From: Chthoniobacteraceae bacterium
GTDB lineage: Bacteria; Verrucomicrobiota; Verrucomicrobiia; Chthoniobacterales; Chthoniobacteraceae
NCBI GenBank assembly: GCA_040081625.1
Contig: JBEBGD010000075.1
Span: forward strand, 1 to 26,995
DNA: 26,995 nucleotides
Direction: 5' to 3'
Shown piece after piece: positions 16,020-26,830 of this stretch. The first letter of the stretch is position 1; the number at the start of each line of letters is the position of its first letter. The notes under the pieces are model-generated. The model had not been told where the DNA came from. It was given only the letters and a program-made list of their open reading frames with translations, and did not search any database. A program made the position numbers and the translations under genes.

Positions 16020-16471
16020 GGTGTGTCGAAGAAGCGGACGATTTTTTCGTAGATGCGGACCCACGCCTTCTGTTCATCAGGTTCGAGCGCGGCCATCAAG
16101 GTCAGAAGGTTATCGACCATATCGTCGCGAACGGAAATGACCAATGCGCGCCCTGCGGGAGTCGGCTGCACGAAAATTTTCCGGCGGTCGTCACGATCGT
16201 GGTCGCGCCGGACAAGCCCGAGGTTTTCGAGCCGATCGACGAGCCCCGTGGAAGCCGCCGTCGTGTGCCCCATCTTCTGCGCGATCTCGCTCATCGTGAG
16301 CCGCTCGCGCTGCACGAGAAAACCGAGCAGCAGATACTGCGGGAACGAGACATTGCCCTTTGCGAGATCCTTCGAGAGGCGCAGCAGGAAGCACCGTTGC
16401 AGGACGGTGAAGATATCGGCGAGCCGCTCGGCGTCGGCTCGAAGTCGGGATGCTTCGCGGGTGTGGGCCAT
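16016..16471 (-). CDS. MarR family transcriptional regulator
   Basis: 'SFPQYLLL...LTMSEIAQKM...STGLVDRLENLGLVRR...DRRK'. Confidence 0.9.
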   Translation of the reverse strand: MAHTREASRLRADAERLADIFTVLQRCFLLRLSKDLAKGNVSFPQYLLLGFLVQRERLTMSEIAQKMGHTTAASTGLVDRLENLGLVRRDHDRDDRRKIFVQPTPAGRALVISVRDDMVDNLLTLMAALEPDEQKAWVRIYEKIVRFFDTP

Positions 16472-16571
16472 GAAGTTTAGGTCGTCGATGGTAAAGGCCG
16501 CTAAACCTCCGTCAACCGGTGGCTTTGCCCGCTTGCCTTCGCGACACGCGACTTCTACGATCCTCAGTCTC

Positions 16572-17060
16572 ATGGACTTTGAAACGCTGCGCGCCGTCAC
16601 CATCCTGCGGGATCTCACCGATGCCGAACTCGAAGCCTTCGCCGATCTTCTCGCGATCCGCGAGGTCAAGAGCGGAGAGCGCATCCTCGAGGAAGGCACG
16701 ATCGTGAACCAACTCTACATCGTGTGCGACGGTGTCGTGCATGTGCGGCGGATGGCGCAGACCAAGGAGATGCTGCTCGGCCGCTTCGGCGTCGGCGCAT
16801 TTTTCGGCGAGATCAATCTCTTCGACCCCGGCACCGCGACCGCGAGCATCTACGCGATGAAAACCCCGACCCGCCTCGCCACCGTCAGCTACGAGAGCCT
16901 TCGCGACTTCATGGGCTCCAACCCGCTCACCGGCTACAAGATCGTAAGCGCGATGATGGCGGAAGTCTGCCAGCGCCTGCGGCAGACCAGCTCGCGTCTG
17001 GTGAACAGCGTCTATTGGTCGAGCAACGAAGCCGCCGCGACCCTCAAAAAAGAGCGCTAG
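16572..17060 (+). CDS. Stand-alone cyclic nucleotide-binding domain protein
   Basis: 'ILEEG...LYIVCDGVVHV...FFGEINLFD....TASIYA'; no C-terminal HTH. Confidence 0.85.
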   Translation: MDFETLRAVTILRDLTDAELEAFADLLAIREVKSGERILEEGTIVNQLYIVCDGVVHVRRMAQTKEMLLGRFGVGAFFGEINLFDPGTATASIYAMKTPTRLATVSYESLRDFMGSNPLTGYKIVSAMMAEVCQRLRQTSSRLVNSVYWSSNEAAATLKKER

Positions 17061-17401
17061 CGGAAAACCAGGTCGCCGCGCGAGGGATCGCCGGAAATAA
17101 TATCCGCGACGACAAATGGCCGCCGCTGCACTTCGCCGGCGTGCAGCACCGCGATCTCTGCCTCGTGCCGCAGCGCCTTGAGCGCAGTGCCCGAAGCCGG
17201 GATGACGCCGGTGGTCGTGTCGATGAGCACAAAGCGCGAGTCTTCATTCACCAGCACGATCACGCCGACGCGTTCCGGCGCGGGATGCACACGCTCGGCG
17301 CGCGGAGTGCGGTTCTTGAAAGGCCAGAGCCGCTTGAGCGTCGTGCAACCGGGCAATGCGACGAGCGCGAGAATCAGCAGGAGACGAACGGGATACTTCA
17401 C
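17057..17401 (-). CDS. Hypothetical lipoprotein
   Basis: GTG start, KYPVRLLLILALVALPGC lipobox, beta-rich body 'VGVIVLVNEDSRFVLID...ADIISGDPSRGD'. Confidence 0.7.
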   Translation of the reverse strand: MKYPVRLLLILALVALPGCTTLKRLWPFKNRTPRAERVHPAPERVGVIVLVNEDSRFVLIDTTTGVIPASGTALKALRHEAEIAVLHAGEVQRRPFVVADIISGDPSRGDLVFR

Positions 17402-17508
17402 TGCGCTCACGATAGCGCGACAACGCCGGATGTTGAAATCATTGCGTGCGCGCCGTGAAATTGCCTTTGACGCTCGCGCCCGCATCGCGTTACCTCGGCG
17501 CCTATTCC

Positions 17509-17599
17509 GGAGGGGTGGCTGAGTGGTCGAAAGCACCGCTTTGCTAAAGCGGCATACCTCAAAAGGGTATCGCGGGTTCAAATCCCGCCCCCTCCGCCA
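17509..17599 (+). tRNA. tRNA-Ser (anticodon GCT)
   Basis: Acceptor GGAGGGG/CCCCTCC-G-CCA, anticodon arm CCGCT-TTGCTAA-AGCGG, long variable arm, T arm GCGGG-TTCAAAT-CCCGC. Confidence 0.96.
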
Positions 17600-17665
17600 T
17601 TCTCTCCGCCGGAGATTGGCGCTTGCCTCGCCACGCGGGCGGCGTGTGATAAACGCGACACCTTT

Positions 17666-18685
17666 ATGAGCACACCGCAGCCTCGCAAGCGCACCAGCCA
17701 ATCCAAGCGCACCGTCAGCATCATCGGCACCGGCAGCTACCTGCCCGAGCGCGTGCTCTCCAACGCGGACCTCGCGGCCATGGTCGAGACCACCGACGAA
17801 TGGATCGTCTCCCGCACCGGCATCAAGGAACGCCGCATCGCCGCCGCCGATGAAGCGACCAGCGACCTCGCTGCGAAAGCCGCGCAGGCCGCGCTCGAGA
17901 ATGCCGGCATCGGCGTGGACGAAGTCGATCTCATCATCGTCGCCACCATCACCCCCGACATGTTCTTCCCGAGCACCGCCTGCTTCGTGCAGCAAAAGCT
18001 CGGCGCAAAACAAGCCGCGTGCTTCGACGTGAGCGCCGCCTGCGCGGGCTTCCTCTACGCGCTCGAGATCGCCCAGCAATTCATCACCTCCCACACCTAC
18101 GACACCGTCCTCGTCATCGGCGCGGAGAAACTTTCCTCCATCGTCGATTGGACCGATCGAAATACGTGCGTGCTCTTCGGCGACGGCGCCGGCGCCGCCG
18201 TCCTCCGGCATCGCGGCGGCGGCCACGGCGTGGTGAGCACCTACATGGCCAGCGACGGCGGACTCGCCGACATCCTCCACATCCCCGGCGGCGGCTCGCG
18301 CTTCCCGATGACAAAAGAAAACGCCGACCAGCGCCTCAACTGCATCAAGATGAACGGCAAGGAGACCTACAAACACGCCGTCATCTCCATGCTCGACGCC
18401 GCAAACAAAGCCCTCGCCGAAGCGAACATCTCCGCCGCCGACCTCGCCTGCATCATTCCCCACCAGGCCAACCTCCGCATCATCGAAGCCATCGCCGACC
18501 GCATGGACGTGCCCATGGACCGCTTCATGATCAACCTCGACCGCTACGGCAACACCAGCGCCGGCGCCGTCGCCATCGCGCTCGACGAAGCCAACCGCAC
18601 CGGCCGCATGAAAGTCGGCGACTACGTCCTCCTCGTCGTCTTCGGCGGCGGCCTCACATGGGCAGCCAGCGTCATCCATTGGTAA
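17666..18685 (+). CDS. fabH: Beta-ketoacyl-ACP synthase III
   Basis: 'AACAGF' (Cys), 'PHQAN' (His), 'YGNTSAG' (Asn), 'LFGDGAGA', 'FGGGLTW'. Confidence 0.96.
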   Translation: MSTPQPRKRTSQSKRTVSIIGTGSYLPERVLSNADLAAMVETTDEWIVSRTGIKERRIAAADEATSDLAAKAAQAALENAGIGVDEVDLIIVATITPDMFFPSTACFVQQKLGAKQAACFDVSAACAGFLYALEIAQQFITSHTYDTVLVIGAEKLSSIVDWTDRNTCVLFGDGAGAAVLRHRGGGHGVVSTYMASDGGLADILHIPGGGSRFPMTKENADQRLNCIKMNGKETYKHAVISMLDAANKALAEANISAADLACIIPHQANLRIIEAIADRMDVPMDRFMINLDRYGNTSAGAVAIALDEANRTGRMKVGDYVLLVVFGGGLTWAASVIHW

Positions 18686-18785
18686 GGCGCCGCCTGAGCG
18701 CATATTGACCCACGCACGCGCAGGGAGCGGCGCGATTCAGCAGGTGAACCACCGCAGCCACCTCAAACCGAAAGAACCCGTCACC

Positions 18786-18947
18786 ATGTTATCCTGGGCC
18801 ATCACCTTCCTCGTCATCGCACTCATCGCCGCCGTCCTTGGCTTCACCAGCATCGCGGGCACGGCCATCGGATTCGCGAAGATCATCTTCGTCGTCTTCC
18901 TCATCCTGACCATCATCTCGTTCGTAATGGGTCGCAGTCGCGGGTAG
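18786..18947 (+). CDS. DUF1328 (YtjA-like) small membrane protein
   Basis: [35 protein letters not shown] is the typical family sequence. Confidence 0.9.
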   Translation: MLSWAITFLVIALIAAVLGFTSIAGTAIGFAKIIFVVFLILTIISFVMGRSRG

Positions 18948-18948
18948 G

Positions 18949-19611
18949 TCAGGCGACGGGAAAGCGGAGCCTCGTGCTCAGTTCCATCGCATCCGGGGCG
19001 AAGCGCCGCTCCACCGCGCCGCCGTTCGCGGCGATCACGCGTTGCGCTTCCCACAGGCCGAGGCCGTAGTGGCCGTGGCGCATGGAGGCGAAAGGCGCGC
19101 GGCCCCAGCTCGCGGTTTCGACGGCAGCGTCCTTCGGCTCGCGCAGCTCGAAGACGACTTGCCCATCCTCCACTCGCGCCGCAGCACGCAGCGGAGCGCC
19201 GGTGCCGAAGACCTGCGCGTTGGCAAGCAGCTCGCGGAAGACATTGGCCAGCGCGGCGGCGTCCACATTCACCTGCTCCGCGCCGAGCGCGTCGCTCCAC
19301 TGGACGGTCGGCGCGGGATCGAGCGCGGAGAGCTGATCCTGCCAGATGAGGAAGAGTTCGCCTGCGGCGTAAAGCGCGAGAGTGGGCCGTGGGTCGGCGA
19401 ACTTCGCAGCCAGCGCGTGCAGGTCCGCAGCGACCCGGCGGATTTGCGCGCGCATGCGCCCGACACTCTCCTTCCCCTCGCCGTCCGGAACGAGGTCTGC
19501 GAGCAGCGCGGCTTCGAGATCGAGACCGTTGAGATCGTTGCGAACGTCGTGGGTGTGCTGGCGGATGAACTGCGCGAGGTGCGACCAACTCGAATCGGGT
19601 GCGGAGTGCAT
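18949..19611 (-). CDS. Sensorless histidine-kinase-like protein (DHp + degenerate HATPase)
   Basis: 'QHTHDVRNDLNGL' H-box-like, 'ELLANA' N-box, 'GLGL' G2; no DxGxG G1 box. Confidence 0.7.
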   Translation of the reverse strand: MHSAPDSSWSHLAQFIRQHTHDVRNDLNGLDLEAALLADLVPDGEGKESVGRMRAQIRRVAADLHALAAKFADPRPTLALYAAGELFLIWQDQLSALDPAPTVQWSDALGAEQVNVDAAALANVFRELLANAQVFGTGAPLRAAARVEDGQVVFELREPKDAAVETASWGRAPFASMRHGHYGLGLWEAQRVIAANGGAVERRFAPDAMELSTRLRFPVA

Positions 19612-19661
19612 ATGTCCATCATACGTGCATCCGCGGCGCGTGGCTGTGCCGATTCCCCGGT

Positions 19662-19814
19662 ATGCTTACGATCCTCCTCATCCTCCTGATCCTCATGCTC
19701 GTCGGCGCGCTGCCCACGTGGCCGCACAGCTCGAAGTGGGGCTACGGCCCGAGCGGCGGCCTCGGCACGATCCTCGTGATCCTGCTCATCCTGTATCTCC
19801 TGAAAGTCATTTAG
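19662..19814 (+). CDS. DUF3309 small membrane protein
   Basis: 'LVGALPTWPHSSKWGYGPSGGLG' family signature. Confidence 0.9.
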   Translation: MLTILLILLILMLVGALPTWPHSSKWGYGPSGGLGTILVILLILYLLKVI

Positions 19815-19913
19815 CGTCGCGTGTCGCGACACAAGTGTCGCGTATGACGACACGCCAGCCGGCGGCGCACAGAGTAGGCGGGGGCTGGCACGCGCAAGGC
19901 AAAGGAGGATGTC

Positions 19914-20546
19914 ATGCATTACTCCTCTGAAACTCAAGAACTCGAATATCGCCCGACCTTGCCCGCCGGCGAGCCGACCGATGAAGTGCTCATGGCCCGC
20001 ATCCAGGCGCAGGACGATCAAGCCATCGCGATCCTCTACCGCCGGCACACGGCGCTTCTGCGCACGGTCGTCGGCCGCATCCTGAACAACGATTGCGATG
20101 TGGACGATCAGCTCCAGGACGTGTTCGTCGAAGTGTGGCGTCAGGCCGCGCACTACGACGTGGCAAAGGGCAAGGCGCTCGGCTGGATCGTGACGCTGGC
20201 CCGCCGCCGCGCGATCGACAAGCTGCGCAAAAAGCAGGTGTATGCCCGCGCGCAGGAACGCCTCCGCGAAGAACCCGAGCCGACGCCGCATCAAGGCGCA
20301 GATGAGGAAGTCGCCGAGTCCGACACGGCGAACATCTTCCGCCGCGTGATCGCCACGCTGCCCGTCCCTCAACGCGAGGCGTTGGATTTCTCGTTCTACC
20401 GCGGCATGAGCCAGCGGGAGATCGCCGCGCACACGGGCATCCCGCTCGGCACGATCAAGACGCGGCTCGAACTCGCGCTCCGCAAAGTGCGCACGGCGAT
20501 AGTCGCGCTCGGTGGCATGGGCGAGTGGTCGTATGCCCGGGCGTGA
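19914..20546 (+). CDS. ECF sigma factor (SigK-like)
   Basis: 'LQDVFVEVWRQAAHYD..KG....WIVTLARRRAID' region 2 and 'SQREIA..TGIPLGTIKTRL' region 4; AGGAGG RBS upstream. Confidence 0.92.
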   Translation: MHYSSETQELEYRPTLPAGEPTDEVLMARIQAQDDQAIAILYRRHTALLRTVVGRILNNDCDVDDQLQDVFVEVWRQAAHYDVAKGKALGWIVTLARRRAIDKLRKKQVYARAQERLREEPEPTPHQGADEEVAESDTANIFRRVIATLPVPQREALDFSFYRGMSQREIAAHTGIPLGTIKTRLELALRKVRTAIVALGGMGEWSYARA

Positions 20547-20549
20547 TGT

Positions 20550-21914
<1,365 letters not shown>

Positions 21915-21924
21915 GACCGCGAGA

Positions 21925-23790
21925 CTACACGCGGTGGGTAAGGGTGGCGACCTTTTGCAGCAGCGCGCCGGTATCGACGGGCTTGGCGAGGTGATCGGTG
22001 AAGCCCGCTTCGAGCGCGAGATCGCGGTCGGTTTCGCGGGCGAACGCGGTCAGCGCGATCGCCGGCACGGTGCGCAGCGGCGGCGGCATGTCGCGCACCT
22101 CGCGGATGAAGGCGTAGCCGTCCCGCTCGGGCATGCCGATGTCCGAGACGATGCAGCCCGGCTCCCAGTCGCGGAGCAGCACGAGCGCATCGGCGACGCT
22201 GAGCGCGGTGCGCACTTCCGCGCCGGACCGGGTGAGGACGCGCTCGACGACGGCGAGCGTGTCGGCCTGGTCGTCCACAGCGAGAATGCGCAGGCCATCG
22301 AGCCTGATGTTGGACGCATCGACCTCTGCTCTCCGCGGCCGGGGCGTCTGCTCGTTCGTGCGGTCGGCGAGTTGGTCCTTGAGTTCACGCACCGCGACCA
22401 TCGGGATCTCGACGTGGAAGGTCGCGCCCTGGCCCTCGCCAGCGCTGCGCGCATTGATGGAGCCGCCGTGCAGCTCGATGAGATGCCTGGAAATGGAAAG
22501 CCCAAGACCCAGCCCGCTCTGGCCACGCGTGGTGCTCGCGTCCTGTTGCGAGAACCGGTCGAAAATGCGCGGGAGAAACTCCGGGCGGATGCCCTGGCCG
22601 GTGTCGCGCACTTCGAGCGCGACCGCGGAGCCGGCACGCGCGACCGAGAGTTCCACCTCGCCGCCCCGCGGGGTGAACTTGATCGCGTTACTCACGAGAT
22701 TCCACATCACCTGCTGGAGCCGGTCGGGATCGCCGAGCACTTCGCTCGCCTCTGCGTTTTCCCTCAGCGTGATCTTCACGCCGCGCGCTTCCGCGGCGGG
22801 CCGGAGGCCATCGACGACCGCAAGCGCCAGAGCGCGCACATCCACCTCGCTGATGCGCAGCCGCACCTTGCCGGCGATGATCCGCGACACGTCGAGCAGA
22901 TCGTCGATGAGATGAGCCTGCGCATGGGCGTTGCGGTCGATGGTATCGAGCCCCTCCTTCAATTCCTGCGCATCCTCCGCGCCGTCGCGGAGCAGGCTGG
23001 TCCAGCCGAGGATCGCGTTGAGCGGAGTGCGGAGTTCGTGCGAGACGACGGCGAGGAATTCGTCCTTGAGCTTGTTCGCGTGCGCGGCCTCGCTGTGTGC
23101 CGTGCGCTCCGAGGCCAGCAGCGATTCCACGCGAGCGCGCGCGGCCCGCTCCGCCACGGCCAGCGTTTCGAGATCGGCAAACTGCCGGCGGGTCAGAAAA
23201 AAGAGCCCGATCAGCGCGGCGGCAACGATGACGCTCGTGGCGAAATAGACGCGCGTGGTGAAGGCGAGCCGCTCTTCCGCAGCCGCGAGCAGCCCGGTCA
23301 TCGTGGCCGCCAGTTCCGCATCGAGCTTCGCCGCGAGCGCGCGAATGTCTTCCATCAGCTCCTTGCCGTGCCCCTCCCGGATCGTGACCGCCGCGGCCTC
23401 GCGGCCGCGCTCGCGTCCCACGGAGAGCGTGCCTTCCAGCGCGGTCATCCGTTGCGTGCCCAGCGCCTCGATTCGCCCGCGCAGCTCCGTCAGCTGCTTC
23501 TCCGGAGTGAGCAGCTTCTTGAGCCGGAGGTCCGAGCGCTCGATGGTGGCGAGCGCCGCGTGATATGGCTCCAGAAAGGATTCGTCGCCCATCAGCAGGT
23601 AGCCGCGCACGCCGGTCTCCGCGTCCACGTAGGCCGCGAGCAGCGCCCGCAGCTCGATGCGGATGTTCGCCACCTCCACGATCCGGCTCTGGCTCACGCG
23701 CAGCTTTGCCGCCGTAAGAATGCTCATGCCCGCATCGAACGCGAGCAGCAGCAGCAGCGCGGCGAATCCGAACAGGAGAGATTTTTTCAT
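21925..23790 (-). CDS. Hybrid sensor histidine kinase (CHASE3-HisKA-HATPase-REC)
   Basis: 'DAETGVRGYLL....FLEPY' CHASE3, 'SHELRTPL', 'NAIKFT', 'DTGQG', 'GLGLGL', C-terminal REC 'SDIGMP'. Confidence 0.94.
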   Translation of the reverse strand: MKKSLLFGFAALLLLLAFDAGMSILTAAKLRVSQSRIVEVANIRIELRALLAAYVDAETGVRGYLLMGDESFLEPYHAALATIERSDLRLKKLLTPEKQLTELRGRIEALGTQRMTALEGTLSVGRERGREAAAVTIREGHGKELMEDIRALAAKLDAELAATMTGLLAAAEERLAFTTRVYFATSVIVAAALIGLFFLTRRQFADLETLAVAERAARARVESLLASERTAHSEAAHANKLKDEFLAVVSHELRTPLNAILGWTSLLRDGAEDAQELKEGLDTIDRNAHAQAHLIDDLLDVSRIIAGKVRLRISEVDVRALALAVVDGLRPAAEARGVKITLRENAEASEVLGDPDRLQQVMWNLVSNAIKFTPRGGEVELSVARAGSAVALEVRDTGQGIRPEFLPRIFDRFSQQDASTTRGQSGLGLGLSISRHLIELHGGSINARSAGEGQGATFHVEIPMVAVRELKDQLADRTNEQTPRPRRAEVDASNIRLDGLRILAVDDQADTLAVVERVLTRSGAEVRTALSVADALVLLRDWEPGCIVSDIGMPERDGYAFIREVRDMPPPLRTVPAIALTAFARETDRDLALEAGFTDHLAKPVDTGALLQKVATLTHRV

Positions 23791-23844
23791 GAGGTGGCTT
23801 CCCGCGCCGTGCGAGGGGTGGACGCTACCACGGATGCATGCCCA

Positions 23845-24030
23845 TCACAGCCCGGCAATCTCAGCGCGAATTTCCTCCTTCGTGCGACCGAGCACTTTCT
23901 GCAGCCGGCCGAGCAGTTCATCGTCCTTGCCTTCGACAAATAGGAGATCGTCGTCGGTGAGGTGGGCATACTTTTGCTTCAGCTTGCCTTTCACCTGATT
24001 CCACGAGCCTTTGAGTTCGAGCCTGGTCAT
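23845..24030 (-). CDS. CsbD family general stress protein
   Basis: MTRLELKGSWNQVKGKLKQKYAHLTDDDL...GRLQKVLGRTKEE. Confidence 0.92.
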   Translation of the reverse strand: MTRLELKGSWNQVKGKLKQKYAHLTDDDLLFVEGKDDELLGRLQKVLGRTKEEIRAEIAGL

Positions 24031-24035
24031 GGCAG

Positions 24036-24557
24036 TTATTTCGCGGCGATGGTCGGGAACGTTGTGATGCCGTCCTTGGCCTGATCGATCGCGTCTTCGA
24101 GATCCCCGACGCATTGGTCGAACTCGTAGCGCGGCCCCGATGAGCGGACTTTCAGCTGCTCGGGCGATAGCCCCGCCAGCAGCCCCACGAGGTGCGCGTG
24201 CTGCTCGTCGAGCGCCTGGAGACGCGTGCGGAAATAGACGGGCGCCCCCCGGGGCGTTTGCTCTTTCACGCCGGCGATTTCCCTGCCGAGGCTGGCGAGA
24301 ATCGTATTCGCGCCCTCGTGATAGACGGGCGTCTCGTCGCTCACGTAGGCCTTGGATTCGCGCCACCCAGTCCGCACTGCTTTCCCGGCTCGGCGCGCTG
24401 CGCCGACGACAGCATCCTTCGTGTCGCTCGCGAGATCCTTCGTTTTCTCGACGACGGCCCCGGCGGTATGGCGGGCCTTTTCAGTGATCGATTTCTCGTT
24501 TGCCTGCGAGCCGAATGCGGTGGCAACGAGGATGGTGGTGGTGAGGATGTGTTTCAT
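24036..24557 (-). CDS. Hypothetical secreted helical protein
   Basis: Signal peptide MKHILTTTILVATAFGSQA and an amphipathic LEA-like segment; ends 5 nt before the csbD start. Confidence 0.7.
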   Translation of the reverse strand: MKHILTTTILVATAFGSQANEKSITEKARHTAGAVVEKTKDLASDTKDAVVGAARRAGKAVRTGWRESKAYVSDETPVYHEGANTILASLGREIAGVKEQTPRGAPVYFRTRLQALDEQHAHLVGLLAGLSPEQLKVRSSGPRYEFDQCVGDLEDAIDQAKDGITTFPTIAAK

Positions 24558-24613
24558 AATTCATCCCCGGAATCGTCCCGCGCACGCCGCGCGCGCGTAT
24601 CTTTCGGAAGAAA

Positions 24614-25021
24614 CTACGCGCGCGATTCAGAGGCGACTTCGAGCAAGGCCTGCTGCAAGCGGTCGATGTCGATCGGCTTGGTGAAGTGCCGCGAGAAGCC
24701 GGACGCGAGCGCCTGCTCGATGTCGGCCTCGTCGCCGGAGCCGCTCACGGCGATGCCGGTGATCGCGTAACATTCGCGCATCGCACGCATCAAGTCGTGC
24801 CCGCTGCCATCGGGCAATGTGAGGTCGCTGATGAGGCAGTCGAATTTCTGCACCACCGCCGCTGCCATCGCCTCCGCGCACGAACTGGCCATGACGACGA
24901 TATGTCCGCGCCGCCGGAGCAGCTTGGCCATGATCACGGCTGTGGCTTCGTGGTCCTCGACAAATAAGAGCGAGAGCCGCAATTCCCCCGGCGCGGATGG
25001 GGATGAAGTGGCTTCGGGCAT
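24614..25021 (-). CDS. Single-domain response regulator (REC)
   Basis: 'LFVEDH', 'ISDLTLPDGSG', 'AVSG', 'FTKP'. Start uncertain (25021 or 25057). Confidence 0.88.
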   Translation of the reverse strand: MPEATSSPSAPGELRLSLLFVEDHEATAVIMAKLLRRRGHIVVMASSCAEAMAAAVVQKFDCLISDLTLPDGSGHDLMRAMRECYAITGIAVSGSGDEADIEQALASGFSRHFTKPIDIDRLQQALLEVASESRA

Positions 25022-25074
25022 CGGGAAGATGAGAGCAACAGCGCGGGTGCGTGGCAAAGAGCAAAGTCCGCGAG

Positions 25075-26265
25075 CTACTCGCGACGCAGCGCGATCGCAG
25101 CCAGATCATCGTCGAAAGCCTGCGCACCGGATCGCCCGACGAGTTGTCCGATCAGTCGCGGCAGCACGTTCGCGCTCCCATCGATCCGGGAAAGGACCTC
25201 GGCGACGGTCCCGTCCGTGAAGCGCTCGCCCGCCTTCGATTTCAACCCGAAGAGGCCGTCGGTGTAGAGCAGCGCCACGTCGCCGGATGCGAGCGTCGTT
25301 TTGGTTTCGCTCACTTCCATCTCCGCATCGATCCCCATCATCGTGTTGAGCGACGGCAGCGACTCGACGACGCCGTCGCGCCGCCGGATGAGCAGCGGCG
25401 GATGTCCGGCCCCGGCGAAGGACACGCGCCCCTCGCCGTCGATGACCGCACAACACGCCGTCATGAAGGAATGTCCGCGGAGCACGCTGTAAAACTCGGC
25501 GTTCACTCGGGTGAGGATGCCGCGAGCTGTGATGGAGGCAGCGCTGGCGTGGTGAAAGAGCAAGGCGACCAGACTCGTGAGGAGGGCCGCGGCCACGCCG
25601 TGGCCAGTGGCATCGGCGAGCCAGAAAAGCCAGACTCCGCGATCCAACTGCCTCCATCCATACACGTCGCCGCCGACTTGGATGAGCGGCGTATAGACTG
25701 CCTCCGTCTGCCAGCCGTCGATCGTCGGAGGCGCGACGGCGACGATGGCCTGCTGCGTGGTGCGGGCGACGGAGAGGTCGGCCTCCTGCGCCTCGCGCCA
25801 CCGGGCCATCTCGCGGTTGTGCGCGCGCAATTCCTCGCTCAACGCGCCGAGCCGCAACTGCGTTTCGATGCGCGCGACGAGCACGGCGCGGCTCACCGGC
25901 TTGGTCACGAAGTCGTTCGCGCCCGCAGCCAGGCAGGCGATTTCGTCGGCCTCGCCCGTGTGCGCGGTTAGCATGATGACGGGGAGTTGATTGAGCGCGG
26001 TGCGATCCGACGCGCGGAGCCGGCGGCAGACCTCCGCGCCGTCGAGCCCCGGCATTTCGAAATCCAGCACGAGCACATCCGGTGGCGAATGTTCCATCAC
26101 GGCGAGTGCCTCCGCGCCGTCGCCCGCCGCCGACAACTCGAACCCCGCATGACGAAGACTCGCGCCGAGCAAGCGGCGAGAGGCCGCATCGTCATCGACG
26201 AGCAGCACGCGCCGAGGCTGCGCGGCGGCGGGAGTGAGTGGAGCAGTGGCGCGTTCGTCGAGCAT
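25075..26265 (-). CDS. REC-SpoIIE/PP2C phosphatase (RsbU/RsbY-like)
   Basis: REC 'LDFEMP', then 'VGGDVY', 'ADATGHG', 'AGHPP', 'YTDGL', 'DDLA'. Confidence 0.92.
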   Translation of the reverse strand: MLDERATAPLTPAAAQPRRVLLVDDDAASRRLLGASLRHAGFELSAAGDGAEALAVMEHSPPDVLVLDFEMPGLDGAEVCRRLRASDRTALNQLPVIMLTAHTGEADEIACLAAGANDFVTKPVSRAVLVARIETQLRLGALSEELRAHNREMARWREAQEADLSVARTTQQAIVAVAPPTIDGWQTEAVYTPLIQVGGDVYGWRQLDRGVWLFWLADATGHGVAAALLTSLVALLFHHASAASITARGILTRVNAEFYSVLRGHSFMTACCAVIDGEGRVSFAGAGHPPLLIRRRDGVVESLPSLNTMMGIDAEMEVSETKTTLASGDVALLYTDGLFGLKSKAGERFTDGTVAEVLSRIDGSANVLPRLIGQLVGRSGAQAFDDDLAAIALRRE

Positions 26266-26419
26266 CGTGCCGGAATCGCGACCGGGACGCGCTGCGGTCG
26301 CCTGCGATTTCGGATATTACACAGAGCCGTCGATGGATTGTCGGCGCCCACGCGGCGAAGCCGGAAGAGATATCCGCGAATGTTACGGCCAGCCGCAGAG
26401 CCAGCCCGATAACCCACTG

Positions 26420-26830
26420 ATGAAACAAATCAATCGCACGCTCACCAGCGCAGTCCTCTCGGGGCTGATGCTGATCACCGCCAACGTCACCTTCGGACAG
26501 ACTGCTGTCGTGAAGGAGACGATAACAACAACCACCTCCGCCGGAACAATCAGCGAGTTCGGGCCTGAAACGATCATTATCCGATCGGAAACCTCGCCCG
26601 AACCCATCCGCTACAGCTACACCACGACAACCACCTACGTCGATGAAACCGGAGCGCCGGTCTCGATCCAGACGGTGAAGTCGGGCCTGCCCGTGACGGT
26701 GCATTACACCATGGTCGGGGACAAGATGGTCGCCTCCAGAGTCATCGTCAGGAAAGCCGTGATCAAGACGGCCCCGGCGATCGAGGAGAAGAAGACCACC
26801 ACGACCACCACGACCACGGAGAAAAAGTAA
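26420..26830 (+). CDS. Hypothetical secreted Thr-rich beta protein
   Basis: Signal peptide MKQINRTL...TFG; 'GTISEF...YVDETG...VKSGLPVTVHY' flanked by Thr runs. Confidence 0.75.
   Translation: MKQINRTLTSAVLSGLMLITANVTFGQTAVVKETITTTTSAGTISEFGPETIIIRSETSPEPIRYSYTTTTTYVDETGAPVSIQTVKSGLPVTVHYTMVGDKMVASRVIVRKAVIKTAPAIEEKKTTTTTTTTEKK

Noticed and set aside
17467..17496. Sigma70 promoter for the tRNA (TTGACG ... TTACCT)
   Set aside because: The -35 is good but the -10 match is poor, so it is not supportable from sequence alone.
17509..17665. Island integrated at tRNA-Ser
   Set aside because: The tRNA is followed directly by fabH; no integrase or duplicated tRNA 3' end was seen.
17402..18703. N-terminal extension of the 548-aa minus-strand ORF 17057-18703
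   Set aside because: It overlaps fabH and the tRNA in antisense; only the last 114 codons look like a real lipoprotein.
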